Source: Coriobacteriia bacterium
Lineage (GTDB): Bacteria; Actinomycetota; Coriobacteriia; Anaerosomatales; Kmv31
DNA: 61,474 nucleotides
Assembly: GCA_014859305.1 (NCBI GenBank)
Contig: JACUUM010000005.1
Location: 1 to 61,474 of the forward strand
Direction of reading: 5' to 3'
The notes under the pieces are model-generated. The model saw nothing but the letters and a program-made list of their open reading frames with translations, was not told the origin of the DNA and did not search any database. Position 1 is the stretch's first letter; the number at the start of each line of letters is the position of its first letter. The position numbers were made by a program, and so were the translations under genes. Positions 17,054 to 25,434 of the stretch are shown here, one piece after another.

Positions 17054-18823
17054 TCAATCGACGCGGATGTGCGCTTCCTTTAGCTGCCGTCTCGAGACCG
17101 AGTCGGGCGCGCCGGTCATCGGGTCCGCTCCCGAGGAGGTCTTGGGGAAGGCGATGACGTCGCGGATCGAACGTGCGCCCGCCAGCAGCATCACCAGCCG
17201 GTCGAAACCGAGGGCGATCCCCCCGTGGGGCGGCGCGCCCGCCGAGAGCGCCTCGAGCAGGAAGCCGAACTTGTCCTCGGCCTCCTCGGGATCCAGGCCG
17301 AGGACCGACAGCACGCGGCGCTGCAGCTCCGGATCGTGGATGCGAATCGTGCCCCCACCGATCTCCACCCCGTCGATGACGAGGTCGTAGCTGTGCGAGA
17401 GCACGTCGCCGGGGCTCTCCTCGAGCCTGTCCAGGTGGGACTCGAACGGCATCGTGAACGGATGGTGGCTGGCGTCCCAGCGCTCCTCCTCGGAGTCCCA
17501 GACGAACATCGGGAAGTCGACGACCCACAGCGCGTGGAAGCCCGTCCCGCGCAGGCCGAGCTCGTCGGCGACGTGCAGCCGGAGCACGCCGAGGACCTCG
17601 TTGGCCGTGTCGTGCGCGCCGGCGACCATCAGGAGCAGGTCGCCGGCGCCGGCGCCGGCCTTCTCACGCAACGCCGCCATCTCGTCGTCGGTGAGGAACT
17701 TGGCGATGGGCGACCTCACCTCTCCCCCGCTGGTCAGCGCCACCCACGCGAGCCCGGCGGCGCCGGCCTCGACGGCCAGCGTGTTGAGCGCGTCGATGCG
17801 CGAGCGCGGCCAGTCCCCGGCCCCCGGTGCCACGATCGCCTTCACGCGGCCACCCGCGTCCAGCGCGCTCCGGAAGACCTTGAACCCGGTGGAGCCGAAG
17901 ACCTGCGTGACGCACGCGAGCTCCACATCGAAGCTGGTGTCTGGCCGGTCGGAGCCGTACCGGTCCATCGCCTCGGCGTGCGTGAGCCGCGGAAGCGGCA
18001 TCGGCACGGCCGCGCCGGCCTCGGCGAGCACCTCGTGCAGCACGTCCTCGGTCAGCGCGATCACGTCGTCCGCCGTCACGAAGGACATCTCGAGGTCGAC
18101 CTGCGTGAACTCGGGCTGCCGGTCCGCGCGCAGGTCCTCGTCCCGGAAGCAGCGCGCGATCTGGTAGTAGCGCTCCATCCCGCCGACCATCAGCACCTGT
18201 TTGAACAGCTGCGGCGACTGCGGAAGGGCGTAGAACCGGCCGGGGCTGAGGCGGGAGGGCACGATGAAGTCGCGCGCGCCCTCCGGCGTGGACTTGCCGA
18301 GCATCGGCGTCTCGACCTCCACGAAGCCGCGCCGCTCCAACTCCTTGCGGAACCGCTGGGCGACGCGGTCGCGCAGCAGCAGCGCGCTCGCGACCTCGGG
18401 GCGGCGCATGTCGACGTACCGGTATCGCAGGCGCGTCGTCTCGTCCGTATCGATGCCGGCCTCGACCTCGAACGGAGGCGTCTCGGCCGTGTTGAGCACG
18501 CGCGCCGAGGAGACGAGCACCTCCACCTCGCCGGTGGGCATACCCGGGTTCTCCGTGCCCTCGGGCCGGCGCCTGACCGTGCCCGTGAGCTCGACGACCC
18601 ACTCGGGCCGCACGCGCTCGGCGGTGACGAACGCCTGGCCCGAGTCGACCGGATCGAAGACGCACTGGACGACGCCCGTTCGGTCCCGCAGGTCGACGAA
18701 GACCAGCCCTCCGTGGTCGCGACGGCGGTGCACCCAACCCGCGAGCACCACCCTCTCGCCCACGTGCTCGGGGCGCATCGGCCCCGCCAGGTGGCTGCGC
18801 GTCGAATACCGTGCGTCCAGCAT
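17054..18823 (-). CDS. aspS: Aspartate--tRNA ligase
   Basis: 589 aa with an OB anticodon-binding start (GWVHRRRDHGGLVFVDLRD), class II motifs (FRDEDLRADRQPEFTQ, GGGTIRIH, GIALGFDRL) and a GAD insertion. Confidence 0.97.
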   Translation of the reverse strand: MLDARYSTRSHLAGPMRPEHVGERVVLAGWVHRRRDHGGLVFVDLRDRTGVVQCVFDPVDSGQAFVTAERVRPEWVVELTGTVRRRPEGTENPGMPTGEVEVLVSSARVLNTAETPPFEVEAGIDTDETTRLRYRYVDMRRPEVASALLLRDRVAQRFRKELERRGFVEVETPMLGKSTPEGARDFIVPSRLSPGRFYALPQSPQLFKQVLMVGGMERYYQIARCFRDEDLRADRQPEFTQVDLEMSFVTADDVIALTEDVLHEVLAEAGAAVPMPLPRLTHAEAMDRYGSDRPDTSFDVELACVTQVFGSTGFKVFRSALDAGGRVKAIVAPGAGDWPRSRIDALNTLAVEAGAAGLAWVALTSGGEVRSPIAKFLTDDEMAALREKAGAGAGDLLLMVAGAHDTANEVLGVLRLHVADELGLRGTGFHALWVVDFPMFVWDSEEERWDASHHPFTMPFESHLDRLEESPGDVLSHSYDLVIDGVEIGGGTIRIHDPELQRRVLSVLGLDPEEAEDKFGFLLEALSAGAPPHGGIALGFDRLVMLLAGARSIRDVIAFPKTSSGADPMTGAPDSVSRRQLKEAHIRVD

Positions 18824-18826
18824 CCG

Positions 18827-20155
18827 CTACCGCTCCCCTTCCGGCATGAGCTGCCTCATCAGTGCGAAGAACCGCGGGACACCCTCGGTCGCGGTCTCCT
18901 CGGCGGTCTCGGCCGCGCGGAGGTCCTCCATGCGCACCCTGCGCTCGGCGCGCGTCGCCATGTCCCTCACCGTGACCTCTCCCGCGGCGAGCTCCTCGGG
19001 CGCCACCACGACGACGTATCGCGCCCCCAACCGGTCGGCTTGCTTGAACTGCGCCTTCAGGCTCCTGCCCTGGTGGTCGGCCTCCGCCGCGACCCCCGCC
19101 TCGCGCAGCCGCATGGCCAGCAGGAACGCCTCTCGACGGGAGTCGGGGTGCGCCGCCACGTACGCCTCCGCGCGCGGCGGGGCCGGGACCTCCACGCCGG
19201 CGGCCTGAAGGGCCAGCGCGGTGCGCTCGAACCCCAGCGCGAAACCGAGCCCGGGAGTGGGCGGCCCGCCGTACTCCTCCATGAGGCGGTCGTAGCGCCC
19301 TCCGCCGCCGATGGCGTTCTGGGCGCCCAACCCCTCGGCCTGTATCTCGAAGACGGTGCGCGTGTAGTAGTCGAGCCCGCGCACGAGCGTCGGGTCCTCC
19401 GCGTACGGTATCGCGAGGGCCTCCAGGTGCGCCTTGACGACCTCCATGTGCTCCCGGCACTCGGGGCACAGCTCGTCGCGCAGTCGAGGAGCCGCCGCCA
19501 TCGCCTCCCGGCACCCGGGGTTCTTGCAGTCGAACGCCCGCAACGGGTTGGCTTCGGCCCTGCGGAGGCACTCCTCGCACAGCTCCTCGGCGTGCGCCCG
19601 GATGAACCCGGCGACGCGGTCCCTGTAGACCGGCCGGCAGATCGCGTCCCCCATCGAGTTCACCAGCAACCGCATTCGCCCCGCGGGCAGCCCGAGCATC
19701 TCGAAGTAGCGCCACAGCAGCGCTATGACCTCGGCGTCAGCGGTCGCCTCGGCCATCCCGAGGGCCTCGACGCCGATCTGCCAGAACTGGCGCATGCGGC
19801 CCTTCTGAGGGCGCTCGTAGCGGAACATCGGGCCGATGTAGTAGAGCTTGGCCCCGGCGCCACGCGGCACGAGGTCGTGCTCGAGCGCGGCTCGGACGAC
19901 CGGCGCGGTCCCCTCCGGGCGCAGGGTGATGCTGCGGCCGCCCTTGTCCGTGAAGGTGTACATCTCCTTGGCCACGATGTCGGTCCCCTCGCCGATGCCG
20001 CGCACGAACACGTCGGTGTGCTCGAACAGCGGCGTGTAGACCGGCTCGTAGCCGTAGCGGGCGAACATACGCTGCGCCGTGCCCACCATGTGCTCCCACA
20101 CGCGCGCCTCGCGCGGGAGCAGGTCGGCCGTGCCCTTGGGTGCGCGGTACTCCAT
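18827..20155 (-). CDS. hisS: Histidine--tRNA ligase
   Basis: PKGTADLLP, MYTFTDKGGRSITLRPEGT, FRYERPQKGRMRQFWQ, GGGRYD. The ATG at 20155 was chosen; the upstream part of the ORF is not protein-like. Confidence 0.95.
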   Translation of the reverse strand: MEYRAPKGTADLLPREARVWEHMVGTAQRMFARYGYEPVYTPLFEHTDVFVRGIGEGTDIVAKEMYTFTDKGGRSITLRPEGTAPVVRAALEHDLVPRGAGAKLYYIGPMFRYERPQKGRMRQFWQIGVEALGMAEATADAEVIALLWRYFEMLGLPAGRMRLLVNSMGDAICRPVYRDRVAGFIRAHAEELCEECLRRAEANPLRAFDCKNPGCREAMAAAPRLRDELCPECREHMEVVKAHLEALAIPYAEDPTLVRGLDYYTRTVFEIQAEGLGAQNAIGGGGRYDRLMEEYGGPPTPGLGFALGFERTALALQAAGVEVPAPPRAEAYVAAHPDSRREAFLLAMRLREAGVAAEADHQGRSLKAQFKQADRLGARYVVVVAPEELAAGEVTVRDMATRAERRVRMEDLRAAETAEETATEGVPRFFALMRQLMPEGER

Positions 20156-20463
20156 CTCCGGGTGCCTTCCGGGCTCTACGTTCGGAACGGGTCGGACCGG
20201 CCGGGCGGTGAGCGCCGGGGCGGCCGGTGCGGCGGCCACCCGATTATGAGGCAAGGCCGGGCGGGGGACCAGGACCGAGCCGCCGGCTCGCCCGGGTTCC
20301 CGGATCCGGCCGGAAGGCGGATCCCGCGTGCTCGAAGGGCGCGAACGAGCGTATACTTGGCACTCCCGAGGCAGCGACAGCCGCGGCTCGGGCGCCACCG
20401 GGACTTCGGCACGGCCGGTGTGAGCGCGCGAGCAGCCGGATCGAGAGATGGGAGACGGCGCCG

Positions 20464-20940
20464 ATGTCTTCGAACCTCCGCACCAGCGGTCTCCCTCCGC
20501 TGGACGACATCCCGTGGGGAACGCACCTGTGCTCGTTCTACGAGACGCCGGCGGACCTGAAGGACCTCCTCGTCCCCTACTTCGTGGCCGGCCTGGAGGC
20601 GAACGAGCGCTGCGTGTGGGTGACGTCCCCCCCGCTCACGTTGGACGACGCGGCCGAGGCCATGCGCGAGCGCGTCGAGGGATTCGATCGGATGGTGGCC
20701 GAGGGGCGCATCACCATCATCCCTCACGACGAGTGGTACCTCGAGAGCGGCAGCTTCGACATGCACAGGGTCTTCGCCTCCTGGGCCGCCGAGGTGGAGG
20801 CAGCGGTGCGGGCGGGATTCGACGGGGCGCGCGTGACGGGCAACACGGCCTGGCTCGATCGCGAGCACTGGGACGCCTTCGCGGAGTACGAGCGGGCCAT
20901 CGACGGCGCCGTGGAGGATCTCCCGATCCTGGTCCTTTGA
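20464..20940 (+). CDS. MEDS-domain segment ending at an in-frame TGA (N-terminal part of a MEDS-PAS-PP2C phosphatase)
   Basis: The WGTHLCSFYETPADLKDLLVPYFVAGLEANERCVWV pattern is typical of MEDS. The TGA at 20938-20940 interrupts the motif ...PILVL*TYSVDRCGASEII, and the same frame continues into the next ORF. Confidence 0.65.
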   Translation: MSSNLRTSGLPPLDDIPWGTHLCSFYETPADLKDLLVPYFVAGLEANERCVWVTSPPLTLDDAAEAMRERVEGFDRMVAEGRITIIPHDEWYLESGSFDMHRVFASWAAEVEAAVRAGFDGARVTGNTAWLDREHWDAFAEYERAIDGAVEDLPILVL

Positions 20941-20982
20941 ACGTACTCCGTCGACAGATGCGGGGCATCTGAGATCATCGAA

Positions 20983-22206
20983 GTGGTCGGGTGCCACGAG
21001 TCCTCCCTCATCAGGCAGGGTGGGACGTGGACCCTCATAGAGAGCGCCGAGGTGACGCGCGCCAGGACCGCCCTCGCCGCCGAGTCACGCTTCACCTCGG
21101 CCCTGCTGGACGCGACGAGCGCGTTCGTCGTGACGATCGACCCCGAGGGGCGGGTCGTCAGGTGCAACCGCACCTGCGAGGACATCGCTGGGCGCCCTCG
21201 GAACGAGATCGAGGGACGTTACCTGTGGGAGTCCTTCGGCGTCTCTCGCTCGGAAGTCCTGGAGAGGCTGGCGCGGGTGTGGGAGGCCGGCGACACCGTC
21301 GCGTTCGACGCGAAGCTCCCCTGCCACGACGGCCGCGAACTCATCGTGGCATGGTCGGTCGTCGCCGTCACGAACGGCCACGGAGGCGGCAGGTACATCG
21401 TGGCGACCGGTCAGGACGTGACCTCGGAGAGACGGGCCCACGAGAGGCTGCAGGACGCGTACGAGGCGGAGCATCGGATCGCGTGCACGCTCCAGGAGAG
21501 CCTCTTGCGGCCCGTGCCCGTCGTCGAGAAGCTCGACATCGGCGTCGTGTACCGGACCGCATTCGAGACCGCGCAGGTGGGCGGCGACTTCTACGACGTG
21601 TTCGAGCTGACCGAGGACGACGTAGTCTTCATGGTCGGGGACGTCAGCGGCAAGGGCGTCGACGCGGCGGGGTTCACCGAGACGGTGCGGAGCACGCTGA
21701 GGACGCTCGTGCACGTCGGCCTCGGACCTGCCGAGGCGCTCAGCAGAGGTGCCCGGATCCTGCTCCAGGAGGGGCTCGGAGACCAGTTCGCGACCGTCGG
21801 CATCGGCACCCTGGATGCCGCGACCGGCGTCGTGAGGTACTCGAGCGCCGGCCATCCCGCGCCTGCGATCGCAGCGATGTCGGCCAGCACGCTGATCGAC
21901 GTCCCGACCGGTCCGCCCCTCGGCACGTATCCGTACACGTACGAAGAGACCGTGTTCGGCCTCGGTGCGGGCGAATGCCTCGTGCTGTACACGGACGGGG
22001 TCACCGAGGCGCGACACGGCTCCGACCTCCTCGGCGCGGAGGGTCTGCTGGACCACCTGTCCCGAGCCCCCGCGGACCCGACTGCGCTCGCCGACGGGCT
22101 CCTCGAAGCGGCGGAGCGGCACGCCAGGGGTCGGTTGAGCGACGACGTCGCGATCGTCGCTCTCTCCCTGAAGCGCGAGGCGGCGTCCGAGCGGACGACG
22201 GCCTAG
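20983..22206 (+). CDS. PAS-domain PP2C (SpoIIE/RsbU-type) serine phosphatase; the real N-terminus is probably upstream (see findings)
   Basis: PAS (FVVTIDPEGRVVRCNRTCEDIAGR...), then PP2C/SpoIIE motifs (GGDFYDVF, VGDVSGKG, YSSAGHP, LYTDGVTEA, DDVAIVAL). It is in the same frame as 20464..20940. Confidence 0.8.
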   Translation: MVGCHESSLIRQGGTWTLIESAEVTRARTALAAESRFTSALLDATSAFVVTIDPEGRVVRCNRTCEDIAGRPRNEIEGRYLWESFGVSRSEVLERLARVWEAGDTVAFDAKLPCHDGRELIVAWSVVAVTNGHGGGRYIVATGQDVTSERRAHERLQDAYEAEHRIACTLQESLLRPVPVVEKLDIGVVYRTAFETAQVGGDFYDVFELTEDDVVFMVGDVSGKGVDAAGFTETVRSTLRTLVHVGLGPAEALSRGARILLQEGLGDQFATVGIGTLDAATGVVRYSSAGHPAPAIAAMSASTLIDVPTGPPLGTYPYTYEETVFGLGAGECLVLYTDGVTEARHGSDLLGAEGLLDHLSRAPADPTALADGLLEAAERHARGRLSDDVAIVALSLKREAASERTTA

Positions 22207-22427
22207 CCTAGGACGCGCGCAGCGGCGAGCAGGAGCGCGCCGAGCGCGAGACATCCGGCCGAGGATACCTCCACCATCCGCCGCGAGCGCCGTTCGTCGG
22301 TCATGTGCGAGAACGGGAACGGCAGGCGAGCGTCCAGCCGGGCGAGCGGCTCGGCGAAGAGCAGCGCGATCGTCCCCGCTAAGGCGAGGACGAATCCCGC
22401 GTCGGCCGGCGTCAGGGCGCTGTGCAC
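22203..22427 (-). CDS. Small two-TM membrane protein (hypothetical)
   Basis: 74 codons with high third-position GC, a GTG start preceded by GGGGGAGG, and two hydrophobic segments (GFVLALAGTIALLF, AGCLALGALLLAAA). Confidence 0.4.
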   Translation of the reverse strand: MHSALTPADAGFVLALAGTIALLFAEPLARLDARLPFPFSHMTDERRSRRMVEVSSAGCLALGALLLAAARVLG

Positions 22428-22569
22428 GATGGGCCTCCCCCGACGGAAGCGTTCCCCGTGGTCCCGGATGCCGCGGCTGCACGCGAGAAGCGTGCCGGAT
22501 GCGGCTTCTCCAGATCGTGAGGCGACGAGCGGCGGCATCCGAACGGCGAGCGGACGCCGGGGACCGCGT

Positions 22570-23208
22570 TCAGGCGCGCGGGAAGAACGGGTTGACGAGG
22601 CGCTCGCGGCCGATGGTGGTGTCCGGACCGTGCCCGGGGTGCACGACGGTCTCGTCGGGCAGCGGCGCCAGCCGCTCGGTGATGGAGCGCGCCAGTGCCC
22701 GGCTGTCGCCGCGCGGGAAGTCGGTGCGCCCGACGGAGCCGGCGAAGAGCGTGTCGCCGGAGAACAGACGGCTCTCACCCTGGGCCAGCAGGCAGATGCC
22801 TCCGCTCGTGTGCCCCGGTGTGTGCAGCACGCGCAGCAGCAGCTTGCCGGCCTCGATCGCGTCGCCGTCGTCCAGCAGGCGCTGCGGCGCGGGCGCCGTG
22901 TGCGCGAACCCGAACAGCAGCGCGCCGGTTCCGCCCGCGTCGGTGACGTACGGAGCGTCCTCGGCGTGTATCGCGAGTGGCGCCCCGGTGGAGGAGCAGA
23001 CGGCCTCGGCGGCGCCGAGGTGGTCGAAGTGGCTGTGCGTGAGCACGACGACCGCCACGGGCCGGCCGTCTATGGCCTCGAGCAGGTCCGGCGCCCCGCC
23101 GGCCGGGTCGATCACCACGAGCGGGCCGCCGGCCCCGTCGCCGACGAGGAAGCAGTTCGTCCCCAGCTCGCCCAGCACGAGCCGCTCGACGCTCACGCCC
23201 GGGCTCAC
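22570..23208 (-). CDS. MBL-fold metallo-hydrolase (glyoxalase II-like)
   Basis: THSHFDH motif, HTPGHTSG, FSGDTLF, HPGHG. The GTG start overlaps the relA stop (GTGA). Confidence 0.85.
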   Translation of the reverse strand: MSPGVSVERLVLGELGTNCFLVGDGAGGPLVVIDPAGGAPDLLEAIDGRPVAVVVLTHSHFDHLGAAEAVCSSTGAPLAIHAEDAPYVTDAGGTGALLFGFAHTAPAPQRLLDDGDAIEAGKLLLRVLHTPGHTSGGICLLAQGESRLFSGDTLFAGSVGRTDFPRGDSRALARSITERLAPLPDETVVHPGHGPDTTIGRERLVNPFFPRA

Positions 23209-25415
23209 GCTCTGTCGTCCTTGCGCCTGGAACCCTCGGCCATGCTGCGGGTGGCCTCGAAGACGCCCTCGACCTTGCGGACGTTGGCGAGCACGGTCTT
23301 CAGCTGCTCCATGTCCGAGAGTTCGAAGAGGAAGCGCATGTTCGAGATGCCCTGGCGGTCCGTGGTCACGGAGGCCGAGAGGATGTTGACGCCGGCCTCC
23401 GCCATGGCTGTCGAGATGTCCTGCAGCAGCCGCATCCTGTCGCGCGCCTCGACGACGATCTCCACCTGGTAGCTCGCCGCGGAGCCCGTATCCCACTCGA
23501 CGTCCAGTATCCGCTCCGGCGACCGCAGCAGCTCGGCGCAGTTCGGGCAGTCGCGGCGGTGCACGGACACGCCGCGGCCGCGCGTGACGAACCCGACGAT
23601 GTCGTCGCCGGGAACGGCGTTGCAGCAGCGCGCCATGCGAACAAGCACGTCGTCGATGCCGCGCACGCGCACACCCGCGCCCACGCGCCGCCGCTTCTCC
23701 CGTGGCGGCATCATCGGCACCGTCGGCGGCAGCGGCGGCGCTTCGGGCTCGGCTGCCCTGCCTTCGGCTCGCGCCATCACCTTGAGCACCTTGGTGCCGA
23801 TCTGCTTGGGCGACACCTTGCCCGCCCCGACGTGGGCCAGAAGGTCGTCCGCGGCCTGGAGGTTCATCTCCTCGGCGACGGCTTCCAGCGCGCGGGTCGT
23901 CACCGAGTTGTTCATCCCGATGCCGTGCTTGCGCAGGACCTTGCTCATCTCGTCGCGGCCGCGCTGCAGGTCGTCGGTGCGGGACTCCTTGCTGAAGTAC
24001 GTCCGGATCTTGGAGCGGGCGCGCGAGGACTTGACGAGGTTGAGCCAGTCGCGGGACGGTGAGGCGCTCTTCTGCGTGAGGATCTCGACCCGGTCGCCCA
24101 TCTGCAGCTCGTAGGACAGAGGCACGATGGACCCGTTCACCTTCGCCCCGACGGTGTGGTTGCCGACCTCGGAGTGGATGCCGTACGCGAAGTCCAGCGG
24201 CGTGGAGCCGCGGCGCAGCGAGACGACGTCGCCTTTGGGCGTGAAGACGAAGACCTCGTCCTCGAACAGGTCGATCTTGAGCGCCTCCATGAACTCCCGC
24301 GGGTCCTTGAGCTCGGTCTGCCACTCGAGCATCTGCCGCAGCCACGCCAGCCGCTCGTCGAAGGTCTCGTCGCCGCGCACGCCCTCCTTGTAGCGCCAGT
24401 GCGCCGCGATGCCGTACTCAGCCGTGCGGTGCATGTCCTCGGTGCGGATCTGGATCTCGAGCGGACGGCCTGCCGGGCCTATGACGGTGGTGTGCAGGGA
24501 CTGGTACATGTTGAACTTGGGCATCGCGACGTAGTCCTTGAAGCGCCCCGGGACCGGCTTCCAGATCGAGTGCACCGTTCCCAGCGCGCCGTAAGCGTCC
24601 TTGACCGAGTCCACGATCACCCGCAGCGCGATCAGGTCGTAGATCTCCGAGAAGTCCTTACCTTTCTGCGACATCTTCTGATAGATGCTGTAGAGGTGCT
24701 TGGGGCGGCCCGAGATGCGGGCCTCCACGCCGATCGCGCCCAGCTCGCGAAGGAGCTGGTCGGTGACCTGCCCGAGGTACTCCTCGCGGGCGGCGCGGCT
24801 CTCCGCGACCATCTTCTGTATGCGGTGGTACGTCCGCGGGTCCAGGTAGTAGAAGGCGAGGTCCTCGAGCTCCCACTTGATCGACGAGATGCCCAGCCGA
24901 TGGGCCAGCGGGGAGTAGATCTCCATCGTCTCGATGGCCTTCTGGCGGCGTTTCTCGGGCGGCAGGCTGGCCAGCGTCCGCATGTTGTGCACCCGGTCCG
25001 CGAGCTTGATGAGGATGACCCGGATGTCCTTGGCCATGGCGATGAGCATCTTGCGCATGTTCTGGCTCTGCGCCTCGGCCAGGGAGGAGAACTTGATCTT
25101 GCCCAGCTTGGTCACGCCGTCGACCAGATCGGTGACCTCCTCGCCGAAACGCTCCCGGAGCTCCTTCAGGCCCACCCCTGAGTCCTCGACCACGTCGTGC
25201 AGGAGCGCCGCCTTCAGCGTGGCTGTGTCCAGGTTCAGCTCCGCGAGGATGAGGGCGACCTCGACCGGGTGGTTGATGAACGGCTCGCCGCTCCTGCGGG
25301 CCTGCCCGGTGTGCGCGGACACGGCGAAGTCGTACGCCTCGTCCAGACCGGTGAGGTCCGCCTCGGGGTTGTACGTCTTGACCTGCTCTTCTATCTGTTC
25401 CAGCGTTGCGGGCAC
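23205..25415 (-). CDS. relA: Bifunctional (p)ppGpp synthetase/hydrolase (RelA/SpoT homologue)
   Basis: 736 aa with an HD hydrolase domain (HPVEVALIL...LHDVVED), a synthetase domain (DLIALRVIV, YQSLHTTV), TGS, and a C-terminal ACT-like domain. Confidence 0.95.
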   Translation of the reverse strand: MPATLEQIEEQVKTYNPEADLTGLDEAYDFAVSAHTGQARRSGEPFINHPVEVALILAELNLDTATLKAALLHDVVEDSGVGLKELRERFGEEVTDLVDGVTKLGKIKFSSLAEAQSQNMRKMLIAMAKDIRVILIKLADRVHNMRTLASLPPEKRRQKAIETMEIYSPLAHRLGISSIKWELEDLAFYYLDPRTYHRIQKMVAESRAAREEYLGQVTDQLLRELGAIGVEARISGRPKHLYSIYQKMSQKGKDFSEIYDLIALRVIVDSVKDAYGALGTVHSIWKPVPGRFKDYVAMPKFNMYQSLHTTVIGPAGRPLEIQIRTEDMHRTAEYGIAAHWRYKEGVRGDETFDERLAWLRQMLEWQTELKDPREFMEALKIDLFEDEVFVFTPKGDVVSLRRGSTPLDFAYGIHSEVGNHTVGAKVNGSIVPLSYELQMGDRVEILTQKSASPSRDWLNLVKSSRARSKIRTYFSKESRTDDLQRGRDEMSKVLRKHGIGMNNSVTTRALEAVAEEMNLQAADDLLAHVGAGKVSPKQIGTKVLKVMARAEGRAAEPEAPPLPPTVPMMPPREKRRRVGAGVRVRGIDDVLVRMARCCNAVPGDDIVGFVTRGRGVSVHRRDCPNCAELLRSPERILDVEWDTGSAASYQVEIVVEARDRMRLLQDISTAMAEAGVNILSASVTTDRQGISNMRFLFELSDMEQLKTVLANVRKVEGVFEATRSMAEGSRRKDDRA

Positions 25416-25434
25416 CTTGATGGCTCGCGTCCTC

